A DNA stretch of 21,947 nucleotides from a bacterium (GTDB lineage Bacteria > Hydrothermota > 32-111), in NCBI GenBank assembly GCA_046484245.1, contig JAWOBN010000022.1, forward strand, positions 1-21,947, written 5' to 3'. The notes below the pieces were generated by a model. That model saw nothing but the letters and a program-made list of their open reading frames with translations. It ran no database searches and had not been told where the DNA came from. A program made the translations under genes and the position numbers. Shown in pieces: positions 7,891-15,610 of the stretch. The first letter of the stretch is position 1; the number at the start of each line of letters is the position of its first letter.

Positions 7891-8169
7891 CTATCTGTCC
7901 CTGAATTTCCTTATTGCTTCATCCACATCAATCTTATTGTCTTTGACATCCTTCAGTATCTTTATCCTCTCCTCTCTGGACATAGTGTCCCTTATCTTGG
8001 AGGCCGTCTTCCTCCTTCTGTCAAAGCGTATTAGTGAAAATACACCGACAATAATAAGTATCCAGGGCCAATCCCTTGAAAGATCAAGATTGAATACCCC
8101 GTATGTGGATAGCAGAAAGAGCACTCCAATCAATATGAGCAGTATCCCGAATTTTGATATTTTCATCAT
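7891..8169 (-). CDS. Small membrane protein, LiaI/LiaF-like (DUF5668-like) helices plus C-terminal SHOCT-like motif
   Basis: GILLILIGVLFLL...WPWILIIVGV transmembrane pair; ERIKILKDVKDNKIDVDEAI. Confidence 0.75.
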   Translation of the reverse strand: MMKISKFGILLILIGVLFLLSTYGVFNLDLSRDWPWILIIVGVFSLIRFDRRRKTASKIRDTMSREERIKILKDVKDNKIDVDEAIRKFRDR

Positions 8170-8279
8170 TTCCTCCTTTTGAATTTGCGTTTTCTTATAT
8201 AATAGATATCCCTGTTCTGCATCTCATCATTGAGGATGTCGTCAGGGATGAGTACTATTGTGCTGTCAGTGAGTTTCAT
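8166..8279 (-). CDS. Small protein, 37 aa, absent from the ORF track (MKLTDSTIVLIPDDILNDEMQNRDIYYIRKRKFKRRK)
   Basis: GGAGGTG SD, TAATG overlap with the upstream stop and ATGA overlap with the downstream start; fills the gap exactly. Confidence 0.7.
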   Translation of the reverse strand: MKLTDSTIVLIPDDILNDEMQNRDIYYIRKRKFKRRK

Positions 8280-8653
8280 TATTCACCTCCCTTGATCTCT
8301 TTCATCAAATCCTTCACATCCATTTCACCTGCTTCAAGTTTGTCCAGCAGATTATCAATATGCGACTGTGAGTAATTGCCGCCCGGCAATTTGTTCTTTA
8401 TCTCTTTCAGCATATTCTTGATTGTCGGGTAGGATTTACCGAGCTTTTCACCGAGGCATTTAAGATTGCCTTCGCAGATGAGGAATTCACGGATAAACCC
8501 CCATTCATCATCAGTGAATATACCGGAAGCGGATTCGCCGCCCATCTCCATATTGCCTGTAATTTCAATCTCACAGTCCGGACATTGGACCTTCTTGACA
8601 ATCATTGTCCTGCCGCATGACGGGCATAAGCCGTCTATCTTTCTTATTTTCAT
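8279..8653 (-). CDS. DUF2089-family protein (Zn ribbon + HTH + SHOCT-like), putative regulator
   Basis: CPSC...CPDC Zn ribbon, FIREFLICEGNLKCLGEKLGKSYPTI HTH, C-terminal LLDKLEAGEMDVKD. Confidence 0.85.
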   Translation of the reverse strand: MKIRKIDGLCPSCGRTMIVKKVQCPDCEIEITGNMEMGGESASGIFTDDEWGFIREFLICEGNLKCLGEKLGKSYPTIKNMLKEIKNKLPGGNYSQSHIDNLLDKLEAGEMDVKDLMKEIKGGE

Positions 8654-8663
8654 TATTACCTCC

Positions 8664-9023
8664 TTATATAACAGATAATTTTACAATTGAATCTTCGTCC
8701 TGCACATCAATAAGATGCATGGGTGCATTGAAGTCAATATAATCAAGTATCTCACTGACTGAACCCTTCAAATCCCTTGCAAGTATGCCCTTTTTCCCCG
8801 GCATAAGGGATAATATGCCGACAGCTGCATGGACAGCTGCCTTGATAATCCCCATTGGCAGGGAAAATCTTATATTGCTGCCCTCATCCCTTATTACAAC
8901 AGACACATATCTGCCGAATGATATATATGATTCCCTGTCTGCCTCCTGCATTATGAGGATATCGGCAGATTCCTCATCTATTTCATGATTGTGCAGTTTA
9001 CTCAGTATTGTCTTGAGTTTCAT
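8664..9023 (-). CDS. Hypothetical SHOCT-like protein, probable paralog of 7426-7881
   Basis: ILSKLHNHEIDEESADILI at the N-terminus; IRFSLPMGII and LIDVQDEDSIVKLSVI parallel motifs in 7426-7881; GGAGGAG SD. Confidence 0.7.
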   Translation of the reverse strand: MKLKTILSKLHNHEIDEESADILIMQEADRESYISFGRYVSVVIRDEGSNIRFSLPMGIIKAAVHAAVGILSLMPGKKGILARDLKGSVSEILDYIDFNAPMHLIDVQDEDSIVKLSVI

Positions 9024-9138
9024 ACTGTCTCTCCTCCTTCAACAGTTTCCTGAAATGCTCAATATTGACTTTCAGATATTCCGGTTGCTTTGCCTGCATT
9101 TCAATATTTGTAAGATAATTTTCATCAAAATTCAACAT
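8998..9138 (-). CDS. Small protein, 46 aa, absent from the ORF track (MLNFDENYLTNIEMQAKQPEYLKVNIEHFRKLLKEERQYETQDNTE)
   Basis: AAGGAG SD 7 nt before the ATG, directly downstream of a promoter; overlaps the next gene's start. Confidence 0.6.
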   Translation of the reverse strand: MLNFDENYLTNIEMQAKQPEYLKVNIEHFRKLLKEERQYETQDNTE

Positions 9139-9149
9139 AATTAAACTCC

Positions 9150-9186
9150 TTAATCAATATATTAATGATAAATTACAATTTGTCAA
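9150..9186 (-). promoter_or_regulatory. Candidate promoter of the DUF2089 operon with an overlapping palindrome
   Basis: TTGACA (9186-9181)-16 bp-TAATAT (9164-9159); TTAAT-N6-ATTAA at 9150-9165. Confidence 0.55.
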
Positions 9187-9297
9187 GTATAAAATCAACT
9201 TTATTAAATAATACGCAAAAATAGTCAATTTGTTACAGGGAAAACTTGATTATCTTAATATTTATCTGAATAAAGTGCAACTCTCCCCTTGCCTTTG

Positions 9298-10055
9298 TCC
9301 AAATCCCAGGGACAGCCCTTGCGATTCAAGCAATTTGGGGTTCTTCTCTCATTTAGTGACCGTTTTACCTGGGAACACTTATTTGTCTTATCATCCAACC
9401 CGGTTTTAATCTCTATAACAATAAGCATCCCAATTTAGGAATATTTTATTTGTTGCTCGTGCCGTCTTGTTGTACTGGCGCGGACAAAGGCTTAACAATG
9501 ATTTAGACATTTATTACAGAGGTACTTTCAGTAGATGCTGCATTATTGATGTCATATTTCAGGGATCCTGGATAGTATTACTCTTTCGGATTATGCAATC
9601 TCTGAACAATGTACATCGTAAATCTCTTTTCAACATCTGTCCCTTTCACCCTATTTTGTCAAAACCACCCTCCAAATCCCGGGGACGGTCCTTTACTTCT
9701 ATAACTTCTATATTTAATTATTAATTAACTTATGATACTCCATCTTCTAAATAGACTTATTATATGACTTACGATCACTCATTTTTGTAAAAAGTTATAG
9801 AAATGAAGGACCGTCCCCGGGAATTGGACAGAATGTTATGTAATTGAATAAAAAACAGGGGTTAGACCGTGTATGCAGCTGTTTTACGATCTGCTCTCTG
9901 ATATTTCAAACTCCGTCCATTGAGAAGTCATCTTTCTTTATTCTGTATCTCTTTTTACCAACTCTTTTGGAGAAGAACCAGAAAACATCAATATAAGTTA
10001 ATAAATAGCGGGGCAGAAATTGCTTGAATCGCAAGGGTCGTCCCTGGGATTTGGA
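9298..10055. repeat. Outer inverted-repeat pair (39 bp arms) of a REP/MITE-like element
   Basis: 9298-9336 TCCAAATCCCAGGGACAGCCCTTGCGATTCAAGCAATTT matches the reverse complement of 10017-10055 at 37/39 positions. Confidence 0.9.
9671..9828. repeat. Inner inverted-repeat pair (37 bp arms), same core motif
   Basis: 9671-9707 TCCAAATCCCGGGGACGGTCCTTTACTTCTATAACTT matches the reverse complement of 9792-9828 at 34/37 positions. Confidence 0.9.
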
Positions 10056-10219
10056 GGGTGTTTTGACAAAATAAAGGGGGCAAGCTGTCTTGGATTCCTA
10101 TTGCAAAGCCAATTGGAGTGGGGAGTGTATTAGGTGTTATATATAATGAAGAGCCGGGTTTTATATAATCCATATAAGGATTAGCAATAACTGGGAATTT
10201 CAGATTTATGATAGTGATA

Positions 10220-10247
10220 TTGAATTAATCCATTTTCTTTGTATAAT
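10220..10247 (+). promoter_or_regulatory. Candidate sigma-70 promoter
   Basis: TTGAAT-16 bp-TATAAT, followed by AAGGAG SD and ATG 10267. Confidence 0.65.
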
Positions 10248-10266
10248 TATTAAAAAGGAGTTATAT

Positions 10267-10506
10267 ATGAAAAGATATGCAGTTCTCAGAATATACAATG
10301 AGAAGAGCGAAGCAGAGATTGTCAAGGGTCTGATGGAAAGTGAAGGTATAGAGTGCAATATTGTCACAGATGATGCAGGCGGTATATATCCTCAGTTTGA
10401 CCTCACACAGGGTGTGGCGCTTGTTGTTGTGAGAGAGGATATGGAAAGGGCGAAGAAACTGCTCGCTTCATTTGACAAGGAAGAGGCAGATGATCAGATG
10501 GGATGA
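10267..10506 (+). CDS. DUF2007-family (putative signal-transducing) small protein
   Basis: EAEIVKGLMESEGIEC...GVALVVVREDMERAKKLL pattern; strong SD. Confidence 0.8.
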   Translation: MKRYAVLRIYNEKSEAEIVKGLMESEGIECNIVTDDAGGIYPQFDLTQGVALVVVREDMERAKKLLASFDKEEADDQMG

Positions 10507-11164
10507 CTACTGGGCTCAGTATTCTATTTCCCCTGCAGAACAGTGGCTGATTGAAAGAAGGGATGAGATCCTCGGCAAGTATATAATGAGGACTCAGGGG
10601 GATACCAAAAGGATTATTGAAATAGGCTGCGGATTCGGCTCCAATATACGGCTTATAAACAGCAAGTATGATAATGCGGAAACCCATGCACTGGATTTCA
10701 GCAGTAAGGCAATAGAAATAATATCAGAGGAAATTGACAATGCCTATGTTGCTGACTGCAGGGATACGAAGCTGCCGGATAATCATTTTGATATTGTCTA
10801 TTCAGCAGGCCTCATTGAGCACTTCAGGCATGAAAGACCCATTGTGAAGGAATTCAGGCGTATTACAAAAAGGGGCGGATATATCATTACATTTGTGCCT
10901 GCAAAATATTCACTATGGCAGGTGTACCAGGCAATGCATATGGGTAATTGGCAGCATGGCTATGAAAAGGCATACAGCACAGATGCATTGAAATACATCA
11001 TGGAATCAGAGGGCCTTGAGACAATAGAGATAACAGGCATTGACCCGTTTTCAGTCCCGGGCTTTATAATGAAACTCACAGGCAGGAAATTGGATTTCCC
11101 CTTGGGGTATTCTCCTGTCAAAAGCGGATACACGGAAATTTGTATAGTTTCAAAGAAGACATAG
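10490..11164 (+). CDS. Class I SAM-dependent methyltransferase
   Basis: Motif I IIEIGCGFG, ALDFS, ADC, FDIVYSAGLIEHF, RITKRGG; ATG 10490 follows AAGGAAGAGG. Confidence 0.9.
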   Translation: MIRWDDYWAQYSISPAEQWLIERRDEILGKYIMRTQGDTKRIIEIGCGFGSNIRLINSKYDNAETHALDFSSKAIEIISEEIDNAYVADCRDTKLPDNHFDIVYSAGLIEHFRHERPIVKEFRRITKRGGYIITFVPAKYSLWQVYQAMHMGNWQHGYEKAYSTDALKYIMESEGLETIEITGIDPFSVPGFIMKLTGRKLDFPLGYSPVKSGYTEICIVSKKT

Positions 11165-11225
11165 AACTTTCACTGCTCCCTGTTTCAATAAGAAGACGAA
11201 TGAAAAATCAACACAAACGCAACAT

Positions 11226-11894
11226 TCAGGCAGTATGAATACTTGATACAAGATAATATATAATGCACTGATATAGATAAAAGACAATTCCCACATAAAT
11301 TGCGCGAAGTATTGCTATATTCCAAATGGTATCTACAGGCCAGACTAAAAGGGAGTTAATCAATAACAGAATGATAAAATAGATAATAAATTTGAATATT
11401 CCTGTCTGTTCAATCAAAGCCAATGGATTCCATGTATTTAATCCTTTTATTAGAATAATATTAAATAATAATAATGTCAGGGATAATACAAAATTATATA
11501 TAAGCAAATCGTTGTATTTAACTGTGTATAAATTTCTCACTACAAAGAATAATGGAAGTATTATAATAATTGACTCAACAATACTCACTACCGGCAGAAT
11601 TGCTTTGGATAATATGAAACTGATATTAATGTTATCAATTTTCCAGTAAGGCAGCCCGGATTTACTGTTGATTGTAGAATGATTAGCTATCTGTGCAAGA
11701 TAATCAAAGGCAAATAGATATATTGCAAATTCAATACCTATAACCGGTATGATTAAATAACTTAATGAAAATGAAGATATTGAAAAGAGTATGTTCTCAA
11801 CAAAAGCCAGAATACATATAGCTGTAAATAATATCAGAATATTCGCGTAACCCTGTTCCTTTATTGGATACAGGAAAACCTTTCTTAAAATCAT
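11226..11894 (-). CDS. Hypothetical polytopic membrane protein, AT-rich
   Basis: 222 aa, several hydrophobic helices, N-terminal FLYPIK and LPYW motifs reminiscent of DUF4013-like proteins (weak). Confidence 0.65.
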   Translation of the reverse strand: MILRKVFLYPIKEQGYANILILFTAICILAFVENILFSISSFSLSYLIIPVIGIEFAIYLFAFDYLAQIANHSTINSKSGLPYWKIDNINISFILSKAILPVVSIVESIIIILPLFFVVRNLYTVKYNDLLIYNFVLSLTLLLFNIILIKGLNTWNPLALIEQTGIFKFIIYFIILLLINSLLVWPVDTIWNIAILRAIYVGIVFYLYQCIIYYLVSSIHTA

Positions 11895-11937
11895 TTCACA
11901 CTATTTGCAGATGCAGATAAAATATACATCAAATTTT

Positions 11938-12405
11938 TCATGCTTTGTCTTTGTTATTAATGTAAACGTCTTCTGTCATCTGAGACATTCTTCTCTTTCT
12001 TATTTTCTTAAAAACATAGTAGAATACAATGGATGAGAGTAATCCCATGAGCGGTGCTGCTATGATGCTGCCTGCAAATATCGGTTTGATGTAGTAGAGC
12101 AGGTCATCCACCTTTGTTATTCTCATAAATGAGATATTCCGGTAGAGTATTAATGAACCGGCAAAATAATCAATGCCCAGGGCAACAGCCATAACAGGCG
12201 GAATGAATATCTGTGATGCGAGTATTAATGAGAGCCTGTTTGCTTTGGGAATGATTATTGCCAGGAGTATGCAGATAATTGTATGGAATCCGTAAAGCGG
12301 GATAAACCCCACCATGATGCCGAGACCGAAACCGAGTGTCACCTCAAAATCGGATGAATTTGAGAGGAGTATCTTCCTGAAGAGGAATTTGATTTTCTTC
12401 TTCAT
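11938..12405 (-). CDS. DUF2062-family membrane protein
   Basis: GFGLGIMVGFIPLYGFHT motif; abuts the dgt stop. Confidence 0.85.
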   Translation of the reverse strand: MKKKIKFLFRKILLSNSSDFEVTLGFGLGIMVGFIPLYGFHTIICILLAIIIPKANRLSLILASQIFIPPVMAVALGIDYFAGSLILYRNISFMRITKVDDLLYYIKPIFAGSIIAAPLMGLLSSIVFYYVFKKIRKRRMSQMTEDVYINNKDKA

Positions 12406-13557
12406 CTACATTCTTTCATAGGGGAGGAAGAGGCGTGTATATTCGTCCTGGGCATATCTGTCAGTCATTCCCGCAATATAATCACACAGCACCCGCTCTT
12501 TTCCGTCTGTATCTATCCTCTCCAGATATGAATCCGGAAGCTGCCTAATATCCTCATTATATATATCAAACAGTGCCTTCATGTATCTCTCTGCCTTATG
12601 CTGCATCTTCAGAACCTTGTAATGCGAGTAGAGTTTTTCATAGAGAAATTGCTTGAGTTTTGTATTCTTTGAGCGCATTTCATCGGAATAGTCCACCAAA
12701 TTGTCATTGGCTCTGACATCATTGACTGTCTCAATACCGAGTTTCTCTATGCGCTCCAGTGTGGAACGCACTGCATCAGATATCTGAGCGCCTATGAGTT
12801 CCCTGACAATGGCAAATCTCAGCATCTTCTCATCATCCTCATCTGTTTTCAGTTTCTCATGATATTCCTTGAACAGGGGGATTGTCATGAGCTGCTCCGT
12901 ATTGATGAAACCTGATTCCAGGCCGTCATCCAGGTCATGTGAATTATAGGCGATTTCATCTGCAATATTGACTATCTGGCCCTCTATTGAACTGTTCTTG
13001 TCAGGTTCATAGTCCCTGAGCATTTCATTATCCGGATTATCATATGATGTATGATGCTTGATTATGCCCTCACGCACCTCATATGTGAGATTAAGACCCG
13101 GATGACCGGAATATCTCCTTTCAAGATATTCAACAACCCTCAGTCCCTGGGAATTATGCTCAAATCCTCCATAATCCTTCATAATGTCATGAAGAGCTGC
13201 CTCACCTGCATGACCGAATGGCGTATGGCCAATATCATGGGCAAATGCAATTGCCTCCGCAAGATCCTGATTGACTCCGAGCGATTTTGCCATGGAGCGG
13301 GCTATTGACGAGACCTCCAGAGTGTGGGTGAGGCGCGTTCTGTAATAATCAGCCTCATGATTGACAAACACCTGCGTCTTGTATTCAAGGCGTCTGAATG
13401 CCTGAGAGTGCAGAATCCTGTCCTTGTCCCTCTGGAATGCTGTCCTGTGCTTGGATTTGGGTATATCGTATGTCCTGCCGCGTGACTGTGATGAAAAACA
13501 TGCGTATGATGCCAGCTGTTTTTCTTCCTTCAATTCCAGTTTTCTTCCCGATAGCAT
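12406..13557 (-). CDS. dgt: dGTP triphosphohydrolase family (HD domain)
   Basis: FQRDKDRILHS, AFRRLEYKTQVF, RTRLTHTLEV, AHDIGHTPFGHAGE, DEIAYNSHDLDDG, DYIAGMTD. Confidence 0.95.
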   Translation of the reverse strand: MLSGRKLELKEEKQLASYACFSSQSRGRTYDIPKSKHRTAFQRDKDRILHSQAFRRLEYKTQVFVNHEADYYRTRLTHTLEVSSIARSMAKSLGVNQDLAEAIAFAHDIGHTPFGHAGEAALHDIMKDYGGFEHNSQGLRVVEYLERRYSGHPGLNLTYEVREGIIKHHTSYDNPDNEMLRDYEPDKNSSIEGQIVNIADEIAYNSHDLDDGLESGFINTEQLMTIPLFKEYHEKLKTDEDDEKMLRFAIVRELIGAQISDAVRSTLERIEKLGIETVNDVRANDNLVDYSDEMRSKNTKLKQFLYEKLYSHYKVLKMQHKAERYMKALFDIYNEDIRQLPDSYLERIDTDGKERVLCDYIAGMTDRYAQDEYTRLFLPYERM

Positions 13558-13575
13558 ATTTGCTCCTTATTGAAA

Positions 13576-13596
13576 GAGGGGAGCATTGCTCCCCTC
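13576..13596 (-). terminator. Hairpin after fba (terminator or mRNA-stability element)
   Basis: GAGGGGAGC-ATT-GCTCCCCTC, a 9-bp stem with only a short U-run (TTTC) on the minus strand. Confidence 0.6.
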
Positions 13597-13603
13597 CTAT
13601 TGA

Positions 13604-14656
13604 TTACAGCAGCTCTGCACTGTCCTTTGACCTGAATGCATTGATGTATTCCTTGGCTGACTTATATGCCTCTTCAGCTATTGCCTCTGAATACTTGCTG
13701 TCAATGGAATCAATGTCATCCTTGAACTGTTTTGCCGCCTTCTTGATATTCTGTCCATTCTCCTCAGCCCATTTCGTCATTGCGTCCATGAGGTCCCCGG
13801 GGAGATGCTTGTGAGCCACATTCTGCCAATGTGTGCCGACATTGCCCTTCCTGATTCCATGGTCAGCAAACTGACCTGTGAGATTGAGGGGTGTGCCTGT
13901 TATACCGTGCTGGGCTATCGCCATATTGTGTTTCTTGATTGCCTGATATATTTCATCTGTTCTTTCAAGGTCAATATGCACCTCTTCATCAGGATTGTAA
14001 TTGCCGTGCTTGGAACCATTGTTTATTGCAAGCAGCTGCGGGTGGACATTATTGTCCTTGAGACCCTCAACATAGGTCACTGCTTCATCCACTGTTGTCA
14101 GTGATGCATTCATGCCTGTTGACTTGACCTCACCGACCTCTGTCTCCAGACCGAATCCTGCTTCTATGATGGGACGCGCAAGGTCTGTGGTTATCTTGAT
14201 ATTCTGAGGAATGTGATTGAATGAAGCATCAATTGCATATGATGTGTATCCTGCCTGGAGTTCTGCTTCAATGAGCTTTCTTGCATCCTCAATGGACTTG
14301 TCCGTTGTATCCTTGACAGTGATGTGGTCACCGTGAATAAAGAACGGCATTGTGAACTTGTATTTGTCCGCATAATCCAGCAGCATGTCTGCAAAGATCT
14401 GCGGTGTCTGCCCCGTGTATCCACCGTCAATATGGCCCTCTGATTTTGCCAGTTCAAAACACATGATTGAATTGAGCTCCTCTGCTGCCTTCATGATTCC
14501 GGGAACAACATGTTTGATCCTGATATTGCACGCCATCACAATAACGGGAATATCAAAGATCTTCTCAAATACCATCTTTGAGTTGACAAGATTGATGTGA
14601 GAGTCAGAAACGACCCTTTTCCTGATTAAATCGTTTTTGTAAATATCAAACCCCAT
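13604..14656 (-). CDS. fba: Class II fructose-bisphosphate aldolase family
   Basis: IHGDH, AIDAS, ETEVGEV, NGSKHG, AQHGITG and KGNVGT metal/substrate motifs. Confidence 0.88.
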   Translation of the reverse strand: MGFDIYKNDLIRKRVVSDSHINLVNSKMVFEKIFDIPVIVMACNIRIKHVVPGIMKAAEELNSIMCFELAKSEGHIDGGYTGQTPQIFADMLLDYADKYKFTMPFFIHGDHITVKDTTDKSIEDARKLIEAELQAGYTSYAIDASFNHIPQNIKITTDLARPIIEAGFGLETEVGEVKSTGMNASLTTVDEAVTYVEGLKDNNVHPQLLAINNGSKHGNYNPDEEVHIDLERTDEIYQAIKKHNMAIAQHGITGTPLNLTGQFADHGIRKGNVGTHWQNVAHKHLPGDLMDAMTKWAEENGQNIKKAAKQFKDDIDSIDSKYSEAIAEEAYKSAKEYINAFRSKDSAELL

Positions 14657-14671
14657 AATAACCCCTTTTTA

Positions 14672-14747
14672 TTGATTTAAATTTGTTTATCATTATAATA
14701 ACAATACATAACAGTAAATATTTTAACACTAATATATGCATTTTCAA
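14672..14747. promoter_or_regulatory. Two face-to-face candidate sigma-70 promoters for the divergent genes
   Basis: Plus strand TTGATT (14672-77)-16-TATAAT (14694-99); minus strand TTGAAA (14747-42)-16-TAAAAT (14725-20) with a TGn extension. Confidence 0.55.
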
Positions 14748-14765
14748 GAGTAAATAGGAGGTCTC

Positions 14766-15497
14766 ATGAAGAAACTTTTTCCATTAATAATACTGATATT
14801 TATTATCTCTTCGTGTACAGTAATGACAATGGAGCCGTACCGTACTGCTGATACTCTCGGTGCACCTCTGAGATTCAGAGTGGGTCTTGATGTTCAGTCA
14901 GGTCAACTGATCCCCGAACAGACAAATCCGGACACACTAAATGATATCGGAGTGGGTATTCCTGCCGGGAAATTATATGCAGGTATCGGCATATGGAATA
15001 ATATAGATGCCTATGCATCTGCTTCATACGGATTCCCCTTTTCAATAGATTACGGGGGAGGCATCAAATATCAGTATATTAACAAACTCGGATTCAAGGC
15101 AGCTGTTGTGCCGCATATCAAATATGCTGAAGCAGAGGATATGATTGTTGCTTCAGGGATTAATTCAAAGGACACATTGAATTACAAATTAATAGGGGGA
15201 GAACTGCCTTTTGCATTCACTTACTCAATCATCAATATAATAATGATATCCGGCGGAGTGCATGCGGGATATTATCAATTGGATTACATTGATCAGTCAG
15301 GTGCTGTAGATAAATATGATTTTATGTCATATGGTGCATATATTATGCCTGAAGTAAAACTCGGAGTGATAAGGGTCTCACTGGGCGTGGATTACAGGAG
15401 ATACTATTCGCCTAAGATGCCTATAGAATATTCAGACACTTATTCTCCTCTGCGGAGGAATTTCCATCCGTTTCTCTCATTATCACTGCAGTTTTAA
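14766..15497 (+). CDS. Putative lipoprotein with beta-barrel-like body
   Basis: Signal peptide ending ISSC (lipobox), amphipathic beta-strand pattern, C-terminal FLSLSLQF; AGGAGG SD. Confidence 0.7.
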   Translation: MKKLFPLIILIFIISSCTVMTMEPYRTADTLGAPLRFRVGLDVQSGQLIPEQTNPDTLNDIGVGIPAGKLYAGIGIWNNIDAYASASYGFPFSIDYGGGIKYQYINKLGFKAAVVPHIKYAEAEDMIVASGINSKDTLNYKLIGGELPFAFTYSIINIIMISGGVHAGYYQLDYIDQSGAVDKYDFMSYGAYIMPEVKLGVIRVSLGVDYRRYYSPKMPIEYSDTYSPLRRNFHPFLSLSLQF

Positions 15498-15610
15498 GTC
15501 AAAAAAGACCATATTGCCCGTAAGCAATAGCAGAACGCAGAGAGGAGTATTGTAATTAAGGTGAAATATTCATCTTTCAGAATAATAAAAAGAATCAGGC
15601 GGAAGGCAGA

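Noticed and set aside
9467..10173. ORFs 9467-9724 (+) and 9988-10173 (-)
   Set aside because: They run through the inverted repeats, with no SD or domain features.
12406..13557. dGTPase as an anti-phage defence gene
   Set aside because: It is the short housekeeping-type HD protein in a core context with fba, with host-like composition and no defence neighbours.
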